Assembly: GCA_036384795.1 (NCBI GenBank)
Contig: DASVLP010000033.1
Span: 1,375 to 65,374 of the forward strand
From: Sphingomonadaceae bacterium
GTDB lineage: Bacteria > Pseudomonadota > Alphaproteobacteria > Sphingomonadales > Sphingomonadaceae
Direction: 5' to 3'
DNA: 64,000 nt
In this document: positions 17,207-25,553 of the stretch, piece after piece
Layout: every line of letters starts with the position of its first letter
How positions within the stretch are numbered: position 1 is the first letter of the stretch
The notes under the pieces: model-generated
What the model saw: only the letters and a program-made list of their open reading frames with translations
Told to the model about the DNA's origin: nothing
Databases searched by the model: none
Program-made: the position numbers and the translations under genes

Positions 17207-19129
17207 ATGGCCAAAGTAATCGGTATCGACCTCGGCACGACGAACAGCTGCGTCGCAGTGATGGATGGGGGCAAGCCCAAGGTCATCGAAAACTCCGAAG
17301 GCGCGCGCACCACGCCCTCGATCGTCGCCTTCACCAAGGACGGTGAGCGGTTGATCGGCCAGCCGGCCAAGCGCCAGGCGGTGACCAATCCCGACAACAC
17401 GATTTTCGCGGTGAAGCGCCTGATCGGCCGCCGCTTCGACGATCCGGTGACCAAGAAGGACACCGAGCTGGTCCCCTACACCATCGTCAAGGGCAAGAAC
17501 GGCGACGCTTGGGTCAAGGCCGGCGGCGAAGACTATTCGCCCAGCCAGATCTCCGCCTTCATCCTGCAGAAGATGAAGGAAACCGCCGAGAGCTACCTGG
17601 GTGAGACGGTCAGCCAGGCGGTGATCACCGTTCCCGCCTATTTCAACGACGCGCAGCGCCAGGCAACCAAGGATGCGGGCCAGATCGCCGGCCTCGAAGT
17701 GCTGCGCATCATCAACGAACCGACCGCGGCGGCACTCGCCTACGGGCTCGAGAAGGAAGACGGCAAGACGATCGCGGTCTACGACCTCGGCGGCGGCACG
17801 TTCGACGTCTCGATCCTCGAGATCGGCGACGGCGTGTTCGAGGTGAAGAGCACCAACGGCGACACGTTCCTCGGCGGTGAAGACTTCGACAGCGCGGTGG
17901 TGGAATACCTCGCGGACTCCTTCAAAAAGAAGGAGAACATGGACCTCAGGACCGACAAGCTCGCCCTCCAGCGGCTCAAGGAAGCCGCCGAGAAGGCCAA
18001 GATCGAGCTGTCGAGCGCGCAGCAGACCGAGATCAACCTGCCGTTCATCACCGCGCGCATGGAAGGCGGCACCACCACGCCGCTGCACCTGGTGGAGACG
18101 ATCACCCGCGCCGATCTGGAACGCCTGGTCGACAAGCTGATCCAGCGCACGCTCGAGCCGTGCAAGAAAGCGCTGGCCGACGCCGGCATCGACAAGAACG
18201 GGGTCGACGAGATCGTGCTGGTCGGCGGCATGACCCGCATGCCCAAAGTGCGCGAAGTGGTCGAGCAGTTCTTCGGCAAGAAGCCGCACACCGGCGTGAA
18301 TCCGGATGAAGTCGTGGCGATGGGCGCGGCGATCCAGGCCGGCGTGCTGCAGGGCGACGTCAAGGACGTGCTGCTGCTCGACGTGACTCCGCTCTCCCTC
18401 GGCATCGAGACGCTGGGCGGCGTGTTCACCCGGATGATCGATCGCAACACCACGATCCCGACCAAGAAGGCGCAAGTCTATTCGACCGCCGAGGACAACC
18501 AGCAGGCGGTGACGATCCGCGTGTTCCAGGGCGAGCGCGAGATGGCGGCGGACAACAAGTTGCTCGGCCAGTTCGACCTGGTCGGCATCCCGCCGGCGCC
18601 GCGCGGGGTGCCGCAGATCGAGGTCACCTTCGACATCGACGCGAACGGCATCGTGAACGTCAGCGCCAAGGACAAAGGCACCGGCAAGGAGCAGCAGATT
18701 CGCATCCAGGCTTCGGGCGGCCTGTCGGATTCCGACATCGATCAGATGGTCAAGGACGCCGAGAAGTTCGCCGAGGAAGACAAGAAGCGGCGTGCCGCGG
18801 CCGAGGCGAAGAACAACGCCGACAGCCTGGTCCATGCGACCGAGAAGCAGCTGGAGGAGCACGGCGACAAGATCGACGCCGAGCTCAAGAGCCAGATCGA
18901 GGCGGCGATCGCGGAAGCCAAGACCGCGATCGAAGGCGGCGATCCCGATGCGATGAACGCGAAGACCCAGGCGCTCACCGAAGTGGCGATGAAGATGGGC
19001 CAGGCGATCTACAGCCAGGAGCAGGCGAACGCGGCTTCCGGCGGTGCCGCCGAGTCCGAGGCCGCTCCTGCCGAAGAAGAAGTGGTCGACGCCGAGTTCT
19101 CCGAAGTCGACGAAGAGAACAAGGGCTGA
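17207..19129 (+). CDS. dnaK: Molecular chaperone DnaK (Hsp70)
   Basis: 640 aa with [23 protein letters not shown] and a C-terminal [12 protein letters not shown] tail. Confidence 0.98.
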   Translation: MAKVIGIDLGTTNSCVAVMDGGKPKVIENSEGARTTPSIVAFTKDGERLIGQPAKRQAVTNPDNTIFAVKRLIGRRFDDPVTKKDTELVPYTIVKGKNGDAWVKAGGEDYSPSQISAFILQKMKETAESYLGETVSQAVITVPAYFNDAQRQATKDAGQIAGLEVLRIINEPTAAALAYGLEKEDGKTIAVYDLGGGTFDVSILEIGDGVFEVKSTNGDTFLGGEDFDSAVVEYLADSFKKKENMDLRTDKLALQRLKEAAEKAKIELSSAQQTEINLPFITARMEGGTTTPLHLVETITRADLERLVDKLIQRTLEPCKKALADAGIDKNGVDEIVLVGGMTRMPKVREVVEQFFGKKPHTGVNPDEVVAMGAAIQAGVLQGDVKDVLLLDVTPLSLGIETLGGVFTRMIDRNTTIPTKKAQVYSTAEDNQQAVTIRVFQGEREMAADNKLLGQFDLVGIPPAPRGVPQIEVTFDIDANGIVNVSAKDKGTGKEQQIRIQASGGLSDSDIDQMVKDAEKFAEEDKKRRAAAEAKNNADSLVHATEKQLEEHGDKIDAELKSQIEAAIAEAKTAIEGGDPDAMNAKTQALTEVAMKMGQAIYSQEQANAASGGAAESEAAPAEEEVVDAEFSEVDEENKG

Positions 19130-19151
19130 TCGTCCAAAATGGGTAAACCTT

Positions 19152-19184
19152 CCGCCACCGGCGCCCAGGCTCCGGTGGCGGTTT
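19152..19184 (+). terminator. Stem-loop between dnaK and dnaJ (partial terminator or attenuator)
   Basis: CCGCCACCGG (19152-19161), a 10-nt loop, then CCGGTGGCGG (19172-19181), followed by TTTGGTT. Confidence 0.4.
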
Positions 19185-19200
19185 GGTTCGGGGCTGGGTA

Positions 19201-20319
19201 ATGGCGATCGAGACCGATTTTTACGAATTGCTGGAAGTCGACCGCGGGGCCGATGGGGCGACGATCAAGTCCGCGTTCCGCAAGCTTGCGATGCAGTATC
19301 ATCCGGACCGCAATCCGGGCGACCACGAATGCGAAGCGCGCTTCAAGGCGATCAACGAAGCCTACGATTGCCTGAAAGACCCGCAGAAGCGCGCGGCGTA
19401 CGACCGCTATGGCCATGCGGCGTTCCGCAACGGCATGGGCGGGGGCGCGCAGGCCGACTTCGGCGACCTGGGGGACATCTTCGAGACCATCTTCGGCAAC
19501 GCCTTCGGCGGCGGCGCGAGACAGCGCCCGCGGCGTGGGGCCGATCTGCGCTACGATCTGGAGATCACGCTCGAAGAGGCGTTCCACGGCAAGGACACGA
19601 CCGTCGAGGTCGACGTATCGGTCGCCTGCGAGCCCTGCGGCGGATCGGGCGCGCAAGCCGGAACCGGCAGCCGCACCTGCAACTTGTGCGGCGGCCGCGG
19701 AAAGGTGCGCGCGCAGCAGGGCTTGTTCGTGATCGAGCGGCCGTGCCCGACCTGCCACGGTTCGGGCCAGGTGATCGAAAGCCCGTGCAAGGTCTGCCGC
19801 GGCGAAGGGCGGGTCGATCAGCGGCAATCGCTCGAAGTCGCCATTCCTCCCGGGGTCGACAACGGCACCCGCATCCGCCTTGCCGGCAGGGGCGAAGCCG
19901 GCCCGCACGGCGCGCCTCCGGGCGATCTTTACATCTTTGTCCACGTCAAGCCGCACAAAGTGTTCCAGCGCGAGGGAACCACGCTGTTCACCCGCGTGCC
20001 GGTGAGCTTCACCACCGCGGCCCTTGGCGGAACGATCGAGATCCCCGGCCTGGACGGCGAGATCAATCCGATCGAAATCCCCGCCGGCATCCAGAGCAAC
20101 AAGCAATTGCGTCGGCGCGGCGCGGGAATGCCGGTGCTGCAGGGGCGCGGGCGTGGCGACCTGGTTGCCGAAATCGTGGTCGAGACGCCGACCAAGCTCA
20201 GCAAAGAACAGAAAAAGATTCTCGAGCAGTTCCGCGCGACCGAAACCGGCGACGAATGCCCGGAAAGCAAGGGCTTCTTCGAAACGCTGAAGAACGCGTG
20301 GAACGACCTGACCGAGTGA
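19201..20319 (+). CDS. dnaJ: Co-chaperone DnaJ
   Basis: J domain YELLEV...HPDRNP. Four CxxCxGxG zinc motifs are present (CEPCGGSG, CNLCGGRG, CPTCHGSG, CKVCRGEG). Confidence 0.96.
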   Translation: MAIETDFYELLEVDRGADGATIKSAFRKLAMQYHPDRNPGDHECEARFKAINEAYDCLKDPQKRAAYDRYGHAAFRNGMGGGAQADFGDLGDIFETIFGNAFGGGARQRPRRGADLRYDLEITLEEAFHGKDTTVEVDVSVACEPCGGSGAQAGTGSRTCNLCGGRGKVRAQQGLFVIERPCPTCHGSGQVIESPCKVCRGEGRVDQRQSLEVAIPPGVDNGTRIRLAGRGEAGPHGAPPGDLYIFVHVKPHKVFQREGTTLFTRVPVSFTTAALGGTIEIPGLDGEINPIEIPAGIQSNKQLRRRGAGMPVLQGRGRGDLVAEIVVETPTKLSKEQKKILEQFRATETGDECPESKGFFETLKNAWNDLTE

Positions 20320-20323
20320 GCGG

Positions 20324-20791
20324 ATGAACACGCGCCCGTCCGTGCTGTTCGTCTGCCTCGGCAACATCTGCCGCTCGCCGCTTGCCGAAGCGGCATTCCG
20401 CAAGGAAGCCGAAGACGCAGGGCTCGACGTCGAAATCGATTCCGCCGGCACCGGCCATTGGCACGCGGGCAAGCCGCCCGATCCGCGCGCGCAGGCAATC
20501 GCGCTGGCGAACGGGATCGACATCTCGCACTACCGCGCGCGGCAGCTCGAAGCGGCCGACTTCGCGCGCTTCAGTCACATCTTCGCGATGGACTACGACA
20601 ACCTCGCCACCATCCAGGCGCGCGCGCCCAAGGGCGCGACGGCCGAGATCGCGTTGCTGCTCGATTGGGTGCCCGGGCGGGAAGGGGCCGCGGTGGCCGA
20701 TCCCTATTACGGCGGGGAAGAGCATTTCGAGGATACCTGGGCGGACATGACCGCCGCCGCGCAAGCGCTGGTCGCCCGGTTCAGGGCTTAG
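20324..20791 (+). CDS. Low-molecular-weight protein tyrosine phosphatase
   Basis: 155 aa with VLFVCLGNICRSPLAE, the CX5R(S) P-loop. It starts 4 nt after the dnaJ stop. Confidence 0.88.
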   Translation: MNTRPSVLFVCLGNICRSPLAEAAFRKEAEDAGLDVEIDSAGTGHWHAGKPPDPRAQAIALANGIDISHYRARQLEAADFARFSHIFAMDYDNLATIQARAPKGATAEIALLLDWVPGREGAAVADPYYGGEEHFEDTWADMTAAAQALVARFRA

Positions 20792-23102
20792 GCATCCGCG
20801 CCAGCACTTCCTTGCGCAAGTTGGGCACCAGCATCGGGTCTTCCCGTAGCCGCCCTTCCTCTTCGTCGAGGATCGCGAGGAACAGCTCGCGCTTGAATCC
20901 CGCGAGCTCGGCAGGATCGGTTTCGCCGTCGGCGGACGAGCAGATCAGGTCCGCCATCCGTTCCGCGCCATGGAGCCGGCCCCAGAGATAATCGTTCTCG
21001 CGGTAGGCGCGGCTGAAGAATGCGCCGAAGTTGAAGAATTCGATCCCGCGCAAGGTCGCCAGCGTACCGCCTTCGCGAATCGACTTGGCATCGTCGGGCG
21101 AGATGCGGTCGACCTTGATCGGGTCGAACTCGGTGAGGCCTTCGTTGCGCAGCAACGGCAGGGTCGCCACGTCGTAGAACGGGAACCCGAGATAAGCGAA
21201 CAGCATCCGGCGCCTGAGCGGCTGCGGCATCCGCTCGAGCGCACCGGCGAGCATGGCTTCGACCTGACGGTCGACTTCGGTGAGATCGCGCATCCGCTCC
21301 AGCGCGTCGAGCGCGGCGCGCGGGTCCTCCAGCGCGCGCTCGGCGATCGGGGCGAACTCCGCACCCAGCGTCGAGGCGCCCTCGCGCTCGAAGAACAACG
21401 CAAGGCTGGCATAGACCGCCTCGCGGCCCGCGTTGCGGTCAGCGTCGGTGATGCCGGGCTCGTCCTCCCAATCGTGCGCCAGGCGGCGGGCGAGCAGGCG
21501 CAGGCGGCGAATGCGAAAGCCGATGTCGTGCGCGCGGAAGAACGCGATCGCCTCGGCGCTCGCCCCGCGCAGCGGCGCCGACAGCGTGCCGAGCCCGCCC
21601 GCTTCGAGCTCTTCGCGCAGCCGCTCGGCGATCAGCGAGGAATCGGGCAGCAGCAACCCCGGCGCATGCGCGAAGATCAGCCGCGCGAGCCGCTCGACGA
21701 TCCCCGCGAACTTGGCCTGAGCATAGGACTGGAACGCATAGCCGGCCTGTTCGGCGGCGGTCTGCTGCGCCTTCGCGCGCCAGCGTTCGAGCCGTTTGGG
21801 GGTCGGGCGGTCGATCAGGAACGTGCGTCCGAAAATCCGTTCGACGGTGAGCTCGACTTCGGGCCGCAGCGCGGCGGCGATCCGCGCCATCCGCTCGGCT
21901 TCGCGCGATTGGGCTTCGATCTGCTCGAGGTTGTCGCGGATCGGCTGCTCGCGCGGGATCGCCGAGATCGAGCCGAAGATCGCCCGGAAGAAGCCGATCT
22001 CGCGCCCCTGTTCGTGGCTTGCGAGGCCGCGGCGGTCCGGCCTCGGGTCGATGTAGACGAACCGCCGGTCCACCTCGCGTTGCGCCGGCCGGCCTTTCAG
22101 CGCTTCGAGCGCTTCGGAAAACGGCGCGTTGACCAGCACCGACCCGTCGATCAGCGAGGCGTTCTCTTCCTCGCCATGGCGAACGTGGGTCGGCATGATC
22201 CGCTTGAGGAATATCTCGCGCGTCTCCCATGCCATATTCCGCTTCATTGCCAGCTCGTCGATCTCGCCGAGCTTGAGCGGGGGGAACGCGCCGGGAAAGC
22301 TGGCGGTCGAACGCGCGGCGAAGACCAGCTCCAACGGATGGGCGAGGGGATGGTTCGGCTCGGCGGGCACGCGTGCGCGAAAGCCGATCGGCAGGCGATG
22401 CTCGCTTTCCTCGACCAGCGGCGGGCTGTTCAGGCGCAGCATCTCGATATGCCCGCCGAAGTCGGTGGCGGTGACGAACAGGTCGAGCGGGTGGCGCGGG
22501 GGCAGCAACGGCTGTCCGCTCGGCGCCTCGGCCATCGCCTTCAGCGCATTGGCGATCAGGTTCGAGAAGCCGATCCCCGAGAACGGCGGCTCGAACCAGC
22601 GCGAGCGCACGAAGCGGGCGAGCTTGCGGCGCACCTGCTCGCGGGTTTCGGGCGCGACGCTTTCGGAAATCGCGTTGCCCGGCCGCGTGAGCAGGTATTC
22701 GACCACCGGCGGTGCCCAGAACTTGGCCGCGCGGGTCCACAGTTTCGCCTCGGGATCGAGCAGCCGGTCGACATCGGCGTAATCGAGCCACAGTTCGGTC
22801 AGCGGCTCGAGCGATTGACCCGAATGGATCGCCTGCGCGAGGAACACCGCGTTGATCCCGCCCGCGCTCGCGCCGGTGAGGATGTCGGGCAGCACCCGCA
22901 GCCGCAGCTCGTGGCGCTCGGCGAGTTTTTCCAGCAGCCGGCGATAGACCCCCTCGCTGCCGCCGACGTCGCGATCGGCCGAGAGGAACGAGCGGCTCGC
23001 ACGGGCGAGCTTCCACAGCTCCTTGGTGACCCCGTGCATGTACACCGCCAAGCTGACGCCGCCGTAGCAGATGAGCGCGATGCGGAGTTCCTTCTGGCGC
23101 AT
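20781..23102 (-). CDS. Patatin-like phospholipase with a long C-terminal extension (DUF3376-type, from memory)
   Basis: Met at codon 17 of ORF 20781..23150 begins MRQKELRIALICYGGVSLAVYMHG (oxyanion Gly-Gly). GASAG is the GxSxG motif and LIDGSV carries the catalytic Asp. About 450 further residues have no motif I recognise. Confidence 0.8.
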   Translation of the reverse strand: MRQKELRIALICYGGVSLAVYMHGVTKELWKLARASRSFLSADRDVGGSEGVYRRLLEKLAERHELRLRVLPDILTGASAGGINAVFLAQAIHSGQSLEPLTELWLDYADVDRLLDPEAKLWTRAAKFWAPPVVEYLLTRPGNAISESVAPETREQVRRKLARFVRSRWFEPPFSGIGFSNLIANALKAMAEAPSGQPLLPPRHPLDLFVTATDFGGHIEMLRLNSPPLVEESEHRLPIGFRARVPAEPNHPLAHPLELVFAARSTASFPGAFPPLKLGEIDELAMKRNMAWETREIFLKRIMPTHVRHGEEENASLIDGSVLVNAPFSEALEALKGRPAQREVDRRFVYIDPRPDRRGLASHEQGREIGFFRAIFGSISAIPREQPIRDNLEQIEAQSREAERMARIAAALRPEVELTVERIFGRTFLIDRPTPKRLERWRAKAQQTAAEQAGYAFQSYAQAKFAGIVERLARLIFAHAPGLLLPDSSLIAERLREELEAGGLGTLSAPLRGASAEAIAFFRAHDIGFRIRRLRLLARRLAHDWEDEPGITDADRNAGREAVYASLALFFEREGASTLGAEFAPIAERALEDPRAALDALERMRDLTEVDRQVEAMLAGALERMPQPLRRRMLFAYLGFPFYDVATLPLLRNEGLTEFDPIKVDRISPDDAKSIREGGTLATLRGIEFFNFGAFFSRAYRENDYLWGRLHGAERMADLICSSADGETDPAELAGFKRELFLAILDEEEGRLREDPMLVPNLRKEVLARMPKP

Positions 23103-23143
23103 TGCGCGCGTGTTTGACGGGTGATCGCGTGGAAGGCAATTGC

Positions 23144-23158
23144 GTTCCACTTATGTTC
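23144..23158. promoter_or_regulatory. LexA-box-like direct repeat GTTC-N7-GTTC
   Basis: GTTC CACTTAT GTTC at 23144-23158, in the 72-bp divergent spacer between the patatin gene (start 23102) and radA (start 23175). It overlaps an 18/20 palindrome, TGGAAGGCAATTGCGTTCCA (23130-23149). Confidence 0.4.
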
Positions 23159-23174
23159 CTTATATCGCAGTGCG

Positions 23175-24542
23175 ATGGCCAAGACCAAGACCCGCTATGT
23201 ATGCCAGGCCTGCGGCGGCGTTTCGCACCGCTGGCAGGGGCAATGCGCGGATTGCGCGGAGTGGAACACATTGGTCGAGGATCGGCCGGTGACCGCGTTT
23301 TCCCAGAAGCACGATCTTTCGGCCGGCGGGCGCGCGTTCGAGTTCGTCGCGCTCGACGCAGCGACCGAGGCGCTGGTGCGCCGACCCACGGGCCTCGCGG
23401 AGTTCGACCGCGCGCTGGGCGGCGGGCTGGTGCCGGGCTCGGCGGTGCTGATGGGCGGCGATCCGGGGATCGGCAAGTCCACCCTACTGCTCCAGGCCGC
23501 GGCGGAGATCGCGCGCGCGGGCGGCCAGGCGATCTACATCAGCGGCGAGGAAGCCGCGGGCCAGGTGCGCATGCGCGCCGACCGGCTGGGCCTTGCCGAC
23601 GCGCCGATCCGGCTCGCCTCGGTCACCTCGGTGCGCGACATCCTGACCACGCTCAACGCGCTGCCGCCGCCGGCACTGCTGGTGATCGATTCGATCCAGA
23701 CGATGCATTCGGACCAGATCGAAGGCGCGCCGGGCACCGTCAGCCAGGTGCGCGGCTGCGCGTTCGAGCTGATCCGCTATGCCAAGGAAAACGGCGTCGC
23801 GCTGGTGCTGGTCGGGCACGTGACCAAGGACGGTTCGATCGCCGGCCCGCGCGTGCTCGAGCATATGGTCGACGTGGTGATGAGCTTCGAGGGGGAGCGC
23901 AGCCACCAGTACCGCATCCTGCGCGCGCTCAAGAACCGCTTCGGCGCGGTCGACGAGATCGGCGTGTTCGCGATGGCCGGCGCGGGGCTGGAAGAAGTCG
24001 CCAACCCGTCGACCCTGTTCCTGTCGGGCACTGCGGAGGCGGTCGCCGGCAGCGCGGTGTTCCCCGCGCTCGAGGGCACTCGCCCGGTGCTGATTGAAGT
24101 CCAGGCGCTGATCGTCCGCTTGCAGAGCGGCGCGACGCCCCGCCGGGCCGTGGTCGGCTGGGACAGCGGCCGCCTGGCGATGCTGCTCGCGGTGTTGGAG
24201 GCGCGCTGCGGGCTCAGCTTCTCTTCGGCCGAGGTCTATCTCAACGTCGCCGGCGGCTATCGCCTGGCGGACCCGGCGGCGGACCTCGCGGTTGCCGCAG
24301 CACTGGTGTCCGCGCTCGCCGACAAGCCGCTGCCGGCGCATGCGGTGTGGTTCGGCGAGGTTTCGCTCGCCGGCGAGGTGCGGCCGGTGGCGCACGGCGG
24401 CTTGCGGCTGCGCGAGGCGGCCAAGCTCGGATTCGAACGCGGCTTTGGGCCCGACGAAACGGCCCCTGGCAGCGGTGGATTGCGTTACGAGCCGGTGATG
24501 CGCATTTCCAAGCTCGTTGACCGGGTCATGGCAAACGCATAG
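23175..24542 (+). CDS. radA: DNA repair protein RadA/Sms
   Basis: Met at codon 19 of ORF 23121..24542 begins MAKTKTRYVCQACGG (zinc finger). Walker A is GGDPGIGKST. KNRFG motif and a Lon-like C-terminal domain are present. Confidence 0.95.
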   Translation: MAKTKTRYVCQACGGVSHRWQGQCADCAEWNTLVEDRPVTAFSQKHDLSAGGRAFEFVALDAATEALVRRPTGLAEFDRALGGGLVPGSAVLMGGDPGIGKSTLLLQAAAEIARAGGQAIYISGEEAAGQVRMRADRLGLADAPIRLASVTSVRDILTTLNALPPPALLVIDSIQTMHSDQIEGAPGTVSQVRGCAFELIRYAKENGVALVLVGHVTKDGSIAGPRVLEHMVDVVMSFEGERSHQYRILRALKNRFGAVDEIGVFAMAGAGLEEVANPSTLFLSGTAEAVAGSAVFPALEGTRPVLIEVQALIVRLQSGATPRRAVVGWDSGRLAMLLAVLEARCGLSFSSAEVYLNVAGGYRLADPAADLAVAAALVSALADKPLPAHAVWFGEVSLAGEVRPVAHGGLRLREAAKLGFERGFGPDETAPGSGGLRYEPVMRISKLVDRVMANA

Positions 24543-24554
24543 TTTCTCCGCCGG

Positions 24555-25088
24555 ATGACGGGTTTCGACTATATCGTGCTGTTCATCATCGCGGTCGCCG
24601 CGATCGGCGGATTCATGCGCGGGTTCGTCCAGGAAATCCTCTCGCTGCTCGCCTGGGTGCTGGCGTTGTTCGCGATCCATTACCTGCACACCAAGCTGAC
24701 CACCTTTCTCTACGATTACGTCGACGGAGCGCGCGCGGCGGCGCTGCTTGCGTTCGCGCTGCTGTTGTTGATCCCTTATGCCGGAATGAAGCTGATCGCC
24801 GGGCGGGTGGGCGAGGACGCGCGCAATTCGTTGCTCGGCCCGATCGACCGGGTGCTCGGCTTCGCGTTCGGCGCGATCAAGGGCGCGGTGGTGGTGGTGA
24901 TGGCCTTCGCGCTGCTGGTGCTGGGTTACGGAGAGATCTGGAACGAAAACGGCCGGCCGCTGTGGATCACCAATGCGCGGGTCTACCCCTATGTCGACGA
25001 AGCATCGGACACTCTCGTCCAGTTGATCGACGAGCACGATCAGGTGCTCGAGACGCAGGGCTCGAACATCCGCGGGCACAGCCGTTGA
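24555..25088 (+). CDS. cvpA: CvpA family membrane protein
   Basis: 177 aa with FDYIVLFIIAVAAIGGFMRGFVQEILSLLAWV and four hydrophobic segments. It follows radA, as in many alphaproteobacteria. Confidence 0.8.
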   Translation: MTGFDYIVLFIIAVAAIGGFMRGFVQEILSLLAWVLALFAIHYLHTKLTTFLYDYVDGARAAALLAFALLLLIPYAGMKLIAGRVGEDARNSLLGPIDRVLGFAFGAIKGAVVVVMAFALLVLGYGEIWNENGRPLWITNARVYPYVDEASDTLVQLIDEHDQVLETQGSNIRGHSR

Positions 25089-25519
25089 GCGGGGCCGAAC
25101 GGCTCTATACGCCAGAGCTGCTTGCACTCACGCTGAAGCTTGCGGAGTTCCCGCTCGACGAGAACCTGCCGCTGGAAGGCGCGGCGCGCTCGAAAAGCTG
25201 CGGCAGCACGCTGACCTTGCGCCTGGCGCTCGACGATGCCGGCGCGGTCGCCCGGATCGGATTGAGGGCGCATGCCTGCGCGGTGGGACAGGCGAGCGCG
25301 GCGATTTTCGCCGAGGCCGCTTCCGGCCGCGACCCGGCCGAAATCGAGCGGGCCGCGCGCGCGATGGAGCAGTGGATCGCCCAGGCGGGGCGGGCACCCG
25401 ATTGGCCGGGGATCGAAATGCTCGATCCGGCGCGCGCCTATCCCGCGCGGCACGGGGCGATGATGCTGCCCTGGCAGGCTGCGCTGGCGGCTCTTTCCAC
25501 CCGCCCGGCCACCCGCTAG
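25085..25519 (+). CDS. IscU/NifU N-terminal-like Fe-S scaffold family protein
   Basis: Frame of ORF 24962..25519. A TTG at codon 42 overlaps the cvpA stop. Sequence reads LYTPELLALT...SKSCGSTLTL...HACAVGQASAAI, with Cys positions like SufU/IscU-type proteins. The start is uncertain. Confidence 0.6.
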   Translation: MSGAERLYTPELLALTLKLAEFPLDENLPLEGAARSKSCGSTLTLRLALDDAGAVARIGLRAHACAVGQASAAIFAEAASGRDPAEIERAARAMEQWIAQAGRAPDWPGIEMLDPARAYPARHGAMMLPWQAALAALSTRPATR

Positions 25520-25553
25520 AGCCTCTCGAGGGAAGAGGGGGAGCGCCGTTTCC

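Noticed and set aside
17111-18862. 583-aa minus-strand ORF antisense to dnaK.
   Set aside because: It lies opposite one of the most conserved proteins known. Its composition is low-complexity and Arg/Leu/Asp/Gly-rich.
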